From: Octopus vulgaris
Lineage: Eukaryota
Assembly: GCA_951406725.2 (NCBI GenBank)
Contig: OX597828.1
Location: 53,320,001-53,384,000, forward strand
Direction of reading: 5' to 3'
DNA length: 64,000 nt
The notes under the pieces are model-generated. The model searched no databases and was not told where the DNA came from. It was given only the letters and a program-made list of their open reading frames with translations. The translations under genes and the position numbers were made by a program. Below, in pieces: positions 15,306 through 29,185 of this stretch (position 1 is the first letter of the stretch; the number at the start of each line of letters is the position of its first letter).

Positions 15306-16288
15306 GCATACATATATATCTATATCTATATATATATATATATATACATACTCATATATGTATTTATATATATAGATATATATTTATATACATATACATA
15401 TATACATAGGTATATATATGGAAGTGTATAAATCTATTTATATATCTGTATGTCTATATCTGTATGTCTATATCTGTATGTCTATATATATATATGTACA
15501 TATATATGTATATATGTGTGGGTGTGTGTGTGGGTGTATACAGAGGAAGGGAGAGGAGTAAGACAAGGATGTATATGACCATTAATTATATTGTATGTAT
15601 CAACATATTCCTAACGATATGTGTGTGTGTGCGTGTATAATTGTATGTATATATATATATGTATATATATATTTGCATATAGACGTACATATATAAGTAT
15701 ATCTACAGTTACACACGCACACTCAGACACACGCGCACGCAAACAGACAGGCACACACACATAGATATATTACCATTAATTATATTGTGGAGAGATGTAC
15801 GTTGTTCCAAAACACAAAACCAAAAAGCGGACAGAAAATAAATCTATAAATCTTAAGAAAAATTGATGAGGCGGGATAATGTGTTAAATATGTCGGCTTA
15901 TGAATCCACCGAGTATAAGAGAAGACATGGTGGGAAATATATTGGACAGTGTGTATGGAGATGTCGGCATACGTGTGTGTCTGTGTCTGTATGTGTACAA
16001 GTAGTTATTTATTTGAAGCTCTAGATTTTAATGTCCTTCTCTTCTCAGAGTTTCTCACTTCTGTCCAGTAGAGCCGATTTGAAAGCCCGCTTTCAATGGA
16101 AATTGTGGTACAAACGGAGATTGAAACCTCAGCATCGCTAAAAAGAACAACATAAAGGAACAGACACCGCTGCGTTTATAGAATGCGTTTTTTCCTGTGT
16201 ATTAAAGTAAAATAACATTTATCTAACAGGCAGAGTACTTACGACTATAGATTAAGGATACTTGAGATCATGATTATCACTTTGAATT

Positions 16289-16676
16289 GTTTTATCTGGT
16301 ACTCCGTCAGTTACGACGACGAGTGTTCCAGTTGATCCGATCAACGGAACAGCCTGCTCGTGAAATTAACGTGCAAGTGGCTGACCACTCCAAAGACACG
16401 TGTACCCTTAACGTAGTTCTCGGGAAGATTTAGCGTGACGCAGAGTGTGACAAGGCTGGCCCTTTGAAATACAGGTACAACAGAAACAGGAAGTAAGAGT
16501 GAGAGAAAGTTGTGGTGAAAGAGTACAGCAGGGATCACCACCACCCACTGCCGGAGCCTCGTGGAGCTTTAGGTGTTTTCGCTCAATAAACACTCGCTAC
16601 GCCCGGTCTGGGAATCGAAACCGCGATCCCACGACCACGAGTCCGCTGCCTTAACCACTGGGCCATTGCGCCTCCA
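16289..16676 (-). mobile_element. tRNA-derived SINE family C, tail type 1
   Basis: Minus strand starts tggaggcgcaaTGGCCCAGTGG (A-box) with GGTTTCGATTCC (B-box). Head shared with 26779-27101; tail shared with 21739-21920. Confidence 0.88.
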
Positions 16677-16988
16677 CTTGAATATTAAACACGAAATATA
16701 TAGCAGAGCATCTTTTCTCTTTGACCGGGTGCTGAAATAGAGAATTGAGAGCGAATTGACTTCAGTGCAAAATATCAGCGAAGTCGCTGTGAAGTCAAAC
16801 TATTTCTGACTTAGAAAAGGACATGTCTCGTCATGGAGTCTTGAGTGTTCAGTCGTTAAGAAAAGGAAGACGGTATTATCACAGATGAGGAGTATTTTAT
16901 CATAGGTTCATTTACTTGATCAAGAATATCCTGGGACGAAAAACAGATTGCTACTAAAGCTATTATCCCCCAAAATACTAAATTTCAT

Positions 16989-17308
16989 ACTCTTGATTAT
17001 TATGTGTGGTGCATAGTTGAGCGAGAGACCAACAAAACTCTTCGTAACACCAAAGATGAACTGAAGGCAAGGCTTATGGCAGCATTCACCAACTTAAACA
17101 AGGAGAGCATCCAGAAGAGTTGCAGGAGATTCCGAAGTCGTCTGGAGTTCATGGTTGAAGACAATGGCGATTTTATTGAATAAAATTAATATTTAGTATT
17201 TCAAGATATTTTATGTAATTTTTGTAAAATATATCTGTTGAAATGAGATGCCGGTGTTATTTTCGTTTTTGCGTTATTTAGACGACAGTTTATTCACCGC
17301 ATTCAGTA
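16989..17308 (+). mobile_element. Tc1/mariner-superfamily transposon 3' remnant
   Basis: Translates to LDYYVWCIVERETNKTLRNTKDELKARLMAAFTNLNKESIQKSCRRFRSRLEFMVEDNGDFIE* (stop 17181-17183), a typical transposase C-terminus; a decayed terminal inverted repeat ends at TA. Confidence 0.8.
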
Positions 17309-17316
17309 TGTGTGTG

Positions 17317-17464
<148 letters not shown>

Positions 17465-17483
17465 CATATATGTATAGATATGT

Positions 17484-17707
17484 GAGCTGGCAGAATCGTT
17501 AGCACGCCGGCCGAAATGCTGAGCAGTATTTCGTCTACCGCTACGTTCTGAGTTCAAATTCCGCCGAGGTCGACTTTACCTTTCATCCTTTTGGGGTCGA
17601 TTAAATAAGTACCAGTTGCGCACTGGTGTCGATATAATCGACTTAATCCGTTTGTCTGTCCTTGTTTGTCCTCTCTGTCTTTAGCCCCTTGTGGGTAGTA
17701 AAGGAAT
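17484..17707 (+). mobile_element. SINE family B (3' variant 1)
   Basis: Same head and core as 13119; tail ...gtttgtctgtccttgtttgtcc...gccccttgtgggtagtaaag. Confidence 0.9.
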
Positions 17708-17746
17708 TTATTAGTGTGTATATGACTTTATGTCTGCGTTTGTTCC

Positions 17747-17907
17747 TGTTGTGTGAACGCCCCCATACGACGAAGTAGACTAGCCCAATACGTAGATATA
17801 CAGGGAGAAGCCTAGACGTCAGGGGCACAGCTGTGTAGACTAGAACAGGAGTAGCAGAGTAACGGTGAGTGTTGAGTAGCAGAGGCATCCGAACGTGCGA
17901 CATAACA
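17747..17907. mobile_element. 161-bp solo LTR-like insertion
   Basis: Termini TGTTGTGT...ACATAACA (TG..CA, 7/8 inverted match) with an exact 5-bp TSD gttcc (17742-17746, 17908-17912); interrupts a SINE A. Confidence 0.75.
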
Positions 17908-18115
17908 GTTCCTCACCGCCGCTTGACAACCGGTGTTGGTGTGCTTACGTCCCCGTAACTTAGCGGTTCGGTCAAATACCGATAGAACAATTACCACACA
18001 TCACAAAAACAGACTAAAGAACATAATAAATACCGAAATCGACTTCTTTGGGACTAAAGATTCCTGAAGGCGGTACCCAAGCATGGCCCTAGTCTAATGA
18101 CTGAAACAAGTAAAC
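17908..18115 (+). mobile_element. SINE family A, diverged 3' half
   Basis: gcttgacaaccggtgttggtgtg...tgactgaaacaagtaaa; its upstream part lies at about 17712-17746. Confidence 0.8.
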
Positions 18116-18230
18116 AAAAATTTAAAAAATAAATGCATACACACATGAATGCATATACATATACATGCATAATCACCTGCACATATATGATACATGCGTA
18201 CATATATGCATATATATATATATATATATA

Positions 18231-18625
18231 GGCGCAGGAGTGGCTGTGTGGTAAGTAGCTTGCTTACCAACTACATGGTTCCGGGTTCAGTCCCACTGCG
18301 TGGCACCTTGGGCAAGTGTCTTCTGCTATAGCTTCGGGCCGACCAAAGCCTTGTGAGTGGATTTGGTAGACGGAAACTGAAAGAAGCCCGTCGTATATAT
18401 GTGTATATATATATATATATATATGCGTGTATGTGTGTGTTTGTCCCCCTAGCATTGTTTGACAACCGATGCTGGTGTGTTTATGTCCCCGTTACTTAGC
18501 GGTTCGGCAAAAGGGACCGATAGAATAAGTACTGGGCTTACAAAAGAATAAGTCCCGGGGTCGAGTTGCTCGATTAAAGGCGGTGCTCCAGCATGGCCGC
18601 AGTCAAAATGACTGAAACAAGGAGA
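18231..18625 (+). mobile_element. tRNA-derived SINE family A, full-length reference copy
   Basis: A-box TGGCTGTGTGG (18241), B-box GGTTCAGTCCC (18284), CORE-like accttgggcaagt, internal TA/TG tract, conserved tail; about 20 related pieces in the window. Confidence 0.93.
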
Positions 18626-18923
18626 GAAAGAAAAAAAAATATATATCAGCAATCGACGGTGCTGAGTTGTCAAACATTTAAACCAAATTTTCTCAAAACA
18701 ACTAGTCCGACCATCCCTTTGAGAAACACTGATTTAACCTAAATTTGAGACACCAGCGAAAGAAGAAATAAAGATAGACTTTTTTCTATTCCAAAGAAAA
18801 ACGATTTTACCCAAAAATAAACTTCTTGAGAAACCAAATGGTCTTTCCTTCCTTCATGTCAAGTTTGTAGAAAATATCTCTTTTGCACCTTACTTTTTTG
18901 GTCTCTTAAATATACTGCATTTT

Positions 18924-19203
18924 GTGGCATTATTTCAAGCCAGCCGGCATTTTTTGCGCAAACTACACGTGCATTTTTCTCGCGTACGCGTAGTATCGAT
19001 CGCAACAGCTGATGTACTTGCGCGTAGAAATGCACGTTCCCACGGCTTCATCGATCGCATTCTCACCTGGACTCGAATTTTAAAAAATGTTTCTAGACAT
19101 ATACACACCCTGATACCATCGGTATTTACATATCAAATTTGAGCGCAATCGGATGGAGGATGCCCGAGATCCTAGAATCCACACAGACAGAACGGATTTT
19201 ATA

Positions 19204-19206
<3 letters not shown>
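18924..19206 (-). mobile_element. Probable 5' fragment of a non-autonomous Helitron
   Basis: End architecture (acagacag...ttttatat.gat running into (TA)n; A|TC on the minus strand) resembles 37623-38017; no CTAG end found. Confidence 0.4.
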
Positions 19207-19264
<58 letters not shown>

Positions 19265-19503
19265 AATCATACGCATCTCCTTATACTTGCGAAGTAAAAT
19301 GAGATGCAGAAAGTAGCTCGTTTTGTTTTTAAATCATATCTCTCAATAATTCAATTTATTCAGACTCAAAGTTTAACTTCACATTTTTTTATTCTGTAGA
19401 GTAGATATTTCTTATCTCCTACACGCAGCCTCGTTTCTCACCAATTCCACAGATATTGTATACCACAATTTTCGCTTCTTTTTCACTTAATAGAATGAAA
19501 TAT

Positions 19504-19552
<49 letters not shown>

Positions 19553-19808
19553 ACCACCCTTTCGTCAAACATACGTACAGCAATACATACATATGCATAT
19601 ATACATGCAAGCATGCTTACATACATAGATACAAACATATATATACATTCATACGTACAGGTAATTGGGTAACGTGGTTAGTAGGAGAGGTGAGGAAGGG
19701 AAGGAGGGTGAAATAAAGTAAATTCAAATAAAATAAAACAAAATGAAATACAATAAAATGTAGCAGAGTGCAAGGAGTTAGGAAGAAGTTTAATTTTGCG
19801 TAATAGAT

Positions 19809-20009
<201 letters not shown>

Positions 20010-20132
20010 CATTTTTATTACATGATTTATTTTATACATATATATATTTAAATATTCATATATATATATATATAAACATATATGCACATATATATGTAGA
20101 CGTATATATAAAATATAAAATGTATATGTATA

Positions 20133-20165
<33 letters not shown>

Positions 20166-20260
20166 GATATGTGTATTATACATATATATATTATATATGT
20201 ATATATATATATGAATATATATATAATTAATCATATAATATATATATGTATAATGTTTGT

Positions 20261-20356
<96 letters not shown>

Positions 20357-20934
20357 GGCATACATATATGCACAGTTACGCACACTCAAACGAACATATA
20401 GAGAAATATGTGTGTCTATGTACACAAACACACACACACATATATGTATGTGTGTATGTATGTACGTATCTGTATATATATATATATATATATATCTTTA
20501 TATGTATGTATGTATGTATGTTTGCATAAAGTGTACCACAGATATCTTACCTGACCAACGAGTTTTCTAAGATGCAATAGTGACTAATGTTTGTATCAGA
20601 TAAGATATTTTTTTTAGAAAATTACAAGAAAATTTTCTAAACAATATTTTTGCGTGAGAGACATTTTAAAAACAAATTTATTAATTATAGGTTTTTATGG
20701 ATTCGTTCTGTTTTCTTGAGATTCTTGTTGTTCTTGTATATTTTTTCGGGGCTTTTCCGTGTTGTTTTAAATTCAGTTTTTGTGATATTTTCGTCAAATT
20801 TATTTAATGTTGATGTTATTGATGTTGTTTTTAAAAGCAGGAACCTGAAAGTCAATTATCGCAAATATCTGATAACTAACATTGATATTGCTTTTAATAG
20901 ACGTGGCTGTATGCATCTATATTGGCATATGTAC

Positions 20935-20979
<45 letters not shown>

Positions 20980-21017
20980 TGTGCGTGTGTATTCATTCAC
21001 ATATACACATACACACT

Positions 21018-21079
<62 letters not shown>

Positions 21080-21738
21080 TATGCATTTTATACTGCTTTA
21101 ACTAGTGCTTGACATTGTATGAATATGAATATTCATACACCAGGATATACAGAGACATGTATGCACATGCACACATACATACGCACACACGCATATACAC
21201 ACACAGGCACACACACACATATATATATATACATGTGTATGTCTCATTTACTTTTAAAAAATTATATATATTCCATTCTATACATAAGACACATACACGT
21301 CTACATTATACGTAATAGATAGTTTTACATATATATATATATGCAGTAAAATTAATGTTACGCCATCTTTGAAGTATATTATTTACTTGAAAGATTTGAT
21401 GTTATAAAGTGGAAACAGAAATTTTTCTGAGTTCTGAATACATTATTACTACTCAAGGCGCCATTTTGGGTTTTATGTGAAGTGTTTCGTTTCTCTATTT
21501 CAGGTAACGGGTCCTCTTGTCTTTTCAGTGGAACCAATGTCCTGAGTATCCATAATAAAAATGAAAATTCTAATAATTAATTTGTAATTTGGAAACCAGG
21601 AGAACAATCCGAACTGAGCCAACAGGTTATTTTAGAGGTAATAATTCATTCATAATGTATTTGATCGACCATAAGAAAAGTGGAATTCATAGTTGACCTC
21701 GGTGGTGATTTGAACATGGGCTGCAATGATATACTACT

Positions 21739-22010
21739 GGTACCATGTCGGTTACGACGATGAGGGTTCCAGTTGATTCGATCAACGGAACAGACTGTTT
21801 GTGAAACTAACGTGCATGTGGCTCAGCACTTCACTGACATGTGTACTTTTAACGTAGTTCTGAGGGATATTCAGCGGGACACAAAGTGGGGCAACGATGA
21901 CCCTTTAAAATACAGGTACCACTCATTTTTGCCAGCTGAGTGGACTGGAGCAACGTTTCTTGCTCAACGACACAAAGCGTTACCGGGAATTGAATCCTTG
22001 ACCTGGTTGG
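21739..22010 (-). mobile_element. Diverged CORE-like SINE carrying tail type 1
   Basis: Tail homologous to 16297-16480, but the central part is gttgctccagtccactcagctggcaaaaatgag instead of the family C body. Confidence 0.75.
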
Positions 22011-22021
22011 TTTCTGACTTT

Positions 22022-22690
22022 TAAGAAGCCATGTAAACAATCTTCCAGTTTTTCCGACTATTCCGAGTTTCCGTAACTTGTGACATATCATTCAGTGATC
22101 AACATTACCAAACACCTGTGCATAATTGAGATATATCACATCCACAAGTGAGCGATTCATTAGTTGTTTGAACACCCAGCCATAATACTGCAGAAGTTGT
22201 GTAAGATAGCTTCTTCCTGAGCGGAAGCTATACTGGCTGTAGCTGGCGGCGAGCTGGCAGAACCGTTAGCACACCGGGCGAAATGCTACGTTCTGAGTTC
22301 AAATTCCGCAGAGGTTGACTTTGCCTTTCATCCTTTCGGGGACGATTAAATAAGTACCAGTCACGCACTGGGGTCGATATAATCGACTTAATCCGTTTGC
22401 CTGTCCTTGTTTGTCCCCTCTGTGTTTAGCCCCTTGTGCGTAGTTAGGAAATAGGAAGCTATACTGGGTGCCAGGAAGCAAGTCATTATCTTTTAGGAGC
22501 GTGATCAGCTCCCTCCTAATAATGTGTTCCATGAATGCTGATATATAAGGCTAAAAGGGCTGGCTCATAATTTTAGCATCCGCTGTTACCTCCTTTATGA
22601 ATATGCTATATTCTTTCCTTCGAATTTTCCAAGAAACCTCTTATTTGCAAGCAAGCTTTCTCAGAATGGGTCATGCTAGAGTCCCTTTGC
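22022..22690 (-). mobile_element. CR1/L2-type LINE reverse transcriptase remnant, interrupted by SINE B
   Basis: Minus strand gives IHKGGN..., MEHIIRRELITLLKDNDLLPGTQYSF, then after the SINE RSGRSYLTQLLQYY...VDVIYLNYAQVFGNVDH*MICHKLRKLGIVGK (decayed QHGF and YLDFAKAFDKVDH motifs). Confidence 0.85.
22237..22453 (+). mobile_element. SINE family B with 14-bp TSD
   Basis: TSD ggaagctatactgg at 22223-22236 and 22454-22467. Confidence 0.92.
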
Positions 22691-23007
22691 ATTTCTTTTA
22701 GAGGATTCCTGGGAATCCATCACATTATATTCTTTTACGCATTTCTACCTTTCTTTCGTTGTCTTCGTAATATGCAGGCTACGTGTGTGTGCGTGTGTGC
22801 ACATGTGCAAGTATCTCTCTATATCGTTCTGTGCTTGCATGTTTTTATGTGGGACATGTGACATTTGACAATATTGGATTATCCAACATGGATGTCGTAT
22901 TTGTTTAGCAGTTGACATGAAATACAGACATTTGTTAAATCAGAAACAATTATCTTGTGAAGGAATTAAGGGCCGTTATAACCATAAACATACACATGCA
23001 CACACAC

Positions 23008-23063
<56 letters not shown>

Positions 23064-23748
23064 TTATACACTTCATTTTGTTGTATTTTGCGAGTGTTGT
23101 ATAATATAAACTTTCGAAGCATTCTGTTTGCAGATAGATGACATAATTCTATGCTTCGTGGTAGTTCTGGTGACCATGTGATATGTGTTTAATGAAATTA
23201 TAAAACAGAAGTAAAGAACTTAGACTTCTTTAAAAAAAAAGGAAGGATATTTTACAAATCGCATTGTGTAAAAAGAGTACTAAAAAGACTGTAAAGAGAG
23301 AGCTAAAAGAGAATTTTCTGTGGAAGGGTAGCGTCAGACAACTTTTTTAAAAATAGCACTAACATAGTAGTTTGCTGTATAGGAACTTTAATTTAACATG
23401 AGAATGATTTCAGTTCCGGATATTTAGACATGACTAAACAAATTCAGTGAAATGAAGCGAAATAATTTGGGTCTCGACTTCCTTCCCACTGGCTACAAAT
23501 TATCCTTAAAGAATCCCGAAGCGTTTATTAAAAAATACCTACAAGAGTACATAAAGATAGGAATTGCCACACTTGTGTGTTGTCGGTTAGCGTTTTATGT
23601 CTAGTTTCAGGTAGAAAATCATAAAAGTTCTTTATGATTATTCAACAAATTAAAATTTCAGAGCTGCAAAATTAGTCAGCCTTTTTTTTACCAAAGAGAA
23701 TTAAGCAACTCAGATATCTCAAAACAAAAGCAAAAAGCAATATAGCAG

Positions 23749-23781
<33 letters not shown>

Positions 23782-23825
23782 TTGTGTGTATGTTCATATG
23801 TGCGTGTGTATGTACTTATATTCGT

Positions 23826-23893
<68 letters not shown>

Positions 23894-24175
23894 ATACTTT
23901 ACACATGCATATATTTATATATATGTATATATACATGTGTGTGTATGTTTGTGTGTGTGTCTATGTATGTATATATATATATATGTGTGTATGTGTGTAT
24001 GTAGGTACGTCATAATTTCACAGAATGAAGCTTAAAATGTATAAAATTCTATAATCTATATTGTAAATGGCCATCGTAATTCTTCCACGCTGTAATTTAA
24101 TATTTAATGTTTATCTAATATAAGTTTAAAACAATCCTATGCCTAAGTGGTTATCTAAATATTACATATGTGCGT

Positions 24176-24218
<43 letters not shown>

Positions 24219-24454
24219 TGAGTGTGTGTGTGTGCTTGCGAAGCTGTTGTTTGTACGTATTTCGTGTATGTTTAATTTCACCACTTTCTATCATTTATCC
24301 TACATTTCGCTCAGCTTGTCATTGTGTCTGTCTCTTTGTATCTCTCTGTTTGTATCTAGGAATGATTGTCTTTTTGTTATAGAAGAGACATGTACGACTT
24401 CATAATGATTTTATGTGTTTGCATGATATTTTTCTACATATTTAATATGTTGTG

Positions 24455-24747
24455 TTTGTCTCGATTTTCATCCATAACTGCTTCGCGTTCGCTGGGGAGA
24501 TCTACCAGCAATTATCTGGGATCGCCATGGGAACGTGAATGAGCCCCGACTTCGCCAAATTATTTGTTGGTTATGTTGAGGCTAAATCCCTTTGTTCTCC
24601 GCACCGAATCCAACGTTATATGGTCGGTATCTCGACGACTGTATTGGCGCAACCTCTCAATAATTTCATCTCTTTCGTTTCTGCCTTTCTTCCTCTCCTC
24701 AGGCTACCTCTGTCATCTCCAGCACTTTCATCAACTTCCTGGACACA

Positions 24748-24803
<56 letters not shown>

Positions 24804-25575
24804 ACCTTCTCTTAATCCTCACGATCACTCTCTGACCACTTCAGCCTTGTTCAAACGTACTGACTCCCATATCAACTTTACAAACCTCATACACCAAACA
24901 GAAGATCCCCTATTCCCAGTCCCTCCGTCTCCGATGTCTGTACAGCCGCGGCCAGGATTTTGAGGCTCAGTCTCAATACCTGACCCACCTGTTCACTCGT
25001 CGTGGTTAGCTCTCTACCCTTGTATATGCCACCCTTACCTGTGCCTAACCAAGTTGATCCCAACTCAGCCCCCTCTCCTTCCACTTCTCCCCAACCAACA
25101 TCATCCCACCTTCAAATGCCCCCTTAACCTACGCAGCCTAATGCTTTCTAGCTCCTTCTCCTCCTCCATCCCCCCCAACTCGAATCTTTTCCTCGCTGTA
25201 GACCCCGTTGCTATCCCTGTCCGTTCATCACCAACGCCATCTCCCTCACTGGTACCAACTAAAATACTATTCATAGCCAGGACACTTTCTCCTTTTCTAA
25301 CATCATCTTTCGCCTTAAATGTATCCTTTCCTTCTTATTACATTTCGGACAGTCTGGCCGCCGTCTAGCCCACAGATTTATAGAACATTTACGAGATAAC
25401 GGCCTCCAAACAATTACCTCCGCTGGCCGTCACTTCTGCTGAACCAATCACTTCACTCTGTACTACCTGGCCTTACAACATTGAACATTCACTAGACTTC
25501 ACTTGGAGCAACAGTATGTTTCCACGCTAGAAACTCATAAATCACTTGGATTTAACACCACCGCCTTCTTGTAAC
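24455..25575 (+). mobile_element. Decayed Penelope-like element (reverse transcriptase + GIY-YIG)
   Basis: Motifs YQQLSGIAMGT*MSPDFAKLFVGYVE, TKQKIPYSQSLRLR and GQSGRRLAHRFIEHLRD occur in the expected order; many stops and frameshifts; (CT)n at 24750-24800. Confidence 0.82.
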
Positions 25576-25586
25576 AGCTTCAAACT

Positions 25587-25968
<382 letters not shown>

Positions 25969-26490
25969 GAGTGAGAGGGCAGTACATGCCATCAAAGTGA
26001 CATTCGGGTAAAATATACGAAGCCCAGTATACCCATCATGACTACCCGTCTGATAAGGGTACACCAAGCAGATGCATCACAACCATATGTGTGTGACATG
26101 AGATCTCATATCAAGATAAACAGTACATGACATTGCAGGTAGGGCCCAATTCGAATTTTCTTCTGGTCGAGCAGCCCATCCTGGTCAAAATTTCCCTGAA
26201 TAAGAGTTGTTTATGGATGTTGAAAGAACCACCCATGTTTCCAAAGGTGAATTATCCAAACCCACCAAAATTCCTTTCAACACACGGCTATGATGCTCCC
26301 GCACTACTTCTGCTTGTGATCAGAGATGCACATATCGTCTGCTACTAAGGGACATGCTCAACTGACAAGCAAATCTATGGTATTGAGCAGAATATTTGTT
26401 GTAGCCCATCTTTTATACTAAGACAAAACAATGATAACACTTCCAATCAGTTAAGCGTAGAAGCCGTGAGAACCACTGCCTGGTACTTTA

Positions 26491-26493
<3 letters not shown>
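25969..26493. mobile_element. 525-bp non-coding element bounded by (TTA)n on both sides
   Basis: Complex sequence with sharp junctions to (TTA)n at both ends; no credible ORF, terminal inverted repeat or tRNA head. Mobile nature is inferred. Confidence 0.5.
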
Positions 26494-26537
<44 letters not shown>

Positions 26538-26727
26538 GTTATTATTATTATTATTATTATTTGACTTCTATCACTGATCAAACCAACAGATGTACGAACA
26601 TTTCTTCTCTGTTTTTTATACTGCCATTTTGTTTACCTTCCGAAGGTCTTGCAATCGTTATTACCGCTACGCTGCATTGCATCACATTTATTGTAGTTAT
26701 AAGTTCCAGGTTACTGTCTTTGTTCTT

Positions 26728-26729
26728 GC

Positions 26730-26772
<43 letters not shown>

Positions 26773-27101
26773 ATTGTTGAGCGTAACGGTATTTGTCCAG
26801 TGAGAGAAGTCCGAAACGTGGTCCTTTGCTGTTCGAAAGACCCGCAGAACAGAAGGCAGGTCAACTCCCGACACCGAGAGCATCGACGGATGGATGAATG
26901 CGATCCAGGCTCAGCGGTTGCGTAGGAAGTCGGTGGGGCCAAAGAGTACAACAGGAGTCGCCACCATCCTCTGCCGGAGCCTCGGGGAGCTGTAGGTGTT
27001 TTCGCCCAATAAACACACACACAAGGCCCGGTCTGGGAATCGAAACCGCGATCCTCCGACCACGAGTCCGCTGCCCTAACCACTGGGCCATCGCGCCTCC
27101 A
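26728..27101 (-). mobile_element. SINE family C head with tail type 2, ending in (AAC)n
   Basis: First 160 nt or so match 16520-16676; the 3' part is unrelated; (GTT)n at 26728-26778. Confidence 0.85.
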
Positions 27102-27724
27102 CTGCTGTTGCTGCTCTCATTATTGTTATTGTTTACTTCTTTTTTTATTTTCTTTCGTTTTTTTTTCTGTGTTTGTATGAATCTGTGCCTCTTCGTGTGG
27201 TTCTCCAGGTTCTTCAGTTTTTATATTGCCTTGCAGAAGTTCTTATTTCTGGTTTTGCTGTCATTATGGTGTTGCTATTATGTATGTATGTATGTTTGTC
27301 GTTCCTTCTTCTTCCTCTTGATGTCGTAAAATTTTAGTCTTGTTCTTGTTATCGTCACCATTGCTGCTGTTATTGTTATTGTTGTTGTTGTGTCTCTTCT
27401 TTTTATATATTGTTGCTACACATTGTGATTCCTACAGTTCTTGTTTTTGTTACTGTTGCTATTGTTCCTTTTCACATTTCTTTAAGTATATTTCAATACG
27501 TTTCTCTTTTGTTTTTTTGTTTTTTTTTTTTTTACTATTTCAACATTTAATGATTGTTTTTTTTTTTGTTTCTGATTTATTTATTTTTTTTTTTTTTTCA
27601 CTTTTCCAACTTCTCTAATATTCAAACACAAAGATACATTTCTTGAAGTCTCCTACACAAACAGACAGATACATACGCACAAAAATACACATTGTAGAAA
27701 TCTATGTCTACATAATATATATAC

Positions 27725-27757
<33 letters not shown>

Positions 27758-27886
27758 TGTATAAGTATATATATATATGTGTGTGTGTGTGTAAGCGTGC
27801 GTATGCATATATATAGACAGACACAGGCAGAGAGAGGGCAGGAGAGACAGAAAGAGAAACACATATAAACAATACAGTAAATTCCC

Positions 27887-27960
<74 letters not shown>

Positions 27961-28111
27961 GCCTTTATGTGTCTGTGCGTGCGGTCGTATAAATAGTATA
28001 TAACCACATATACATATATATATACATATGATAGATATTGTTATGAATATAGATATAGATTTTACTGCGCTATATCTATATCTATCAATCTATTTATCTA
28101 TCTATCTATCA

Positions 28112-28170
<59 letters not shown>

Positions 28171-28179
28171 AATCTATCT

Positions 28180-28240
<61 letters not shown>

Positions 28241-28768
28241 TTTATATACACATATAATATATGCATTTGTTCGTATTTATTTCTACAATTTTTGTTACGC
28301 ACTCACACACATTTATATGTGCATACTTATGCACAAATATATGTGTATACGAGAGTGTGCGTATGTGTACGCGTGTGTGTACACACATGTGGGTGTGTCC
28401 GCGTGTGGGTGGGGGTGCTGGTGTGCGTGTGGGTGTGGGTGGGTTGGTGTGTATTTAAATTTCAGTAATTTTCTTTTATAAACGTCCTTCCCTTCTAGCG
28501 AGACTGTTCAAAATATTCTTATTTACTTTATATTTATCAGTTTCTTGTTGTTTTGTTGTTCCTCGTGTTTTTTTTTTTGTTTTGTATTTTTGGTGTTTTT
28601 ACATAGGAATTTCTTATCGTTGTTGTTGCTGTTGTTGTTGACTTATTCATTGTTGTCGCTGCCAACGTCTTTTCTGCATTGCTTAAGCACTTACAGATAC
28701 ACCATATACAGAAAATGGCTCACACACACTCATATATACATTTATGTAAAGATTGGTTGTCATTTATC

Positions 28769-28810
<42 letters not shown>

Positions 28811-29136
28811 AATACTGACACACATACACACACACACACACACACACATAGATATATATATATATGCATACACATATATCTGTATTAGCATGTATATATA
28901 TATATATGTATATATATGTATAGGATGTATATATAGATATATGTATATATACATCATATACATACATAAATATATATATATGTATGTATGTGATGTATAT
29001 ACATATATATATATTTATTTATTTATTTTTATTTATTTTATATATATATATGTATATATATACATACATGCATACATATATATATATATCGATAAATATG
29101 TATATCTACATAGAGAAGAGATAGACAAATAGATAG

Positions 29137-29185
<49 letters not shown>

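Noticed and set aside
16600-16676. Possible tRNA genes at SINE heads (also 27030-27101, 32961-33030, 55620-55685)
   Set aside because: A/B boxes are present, but there is no complete acceptor stem or poly-T terminator, and each continues into element sequence.
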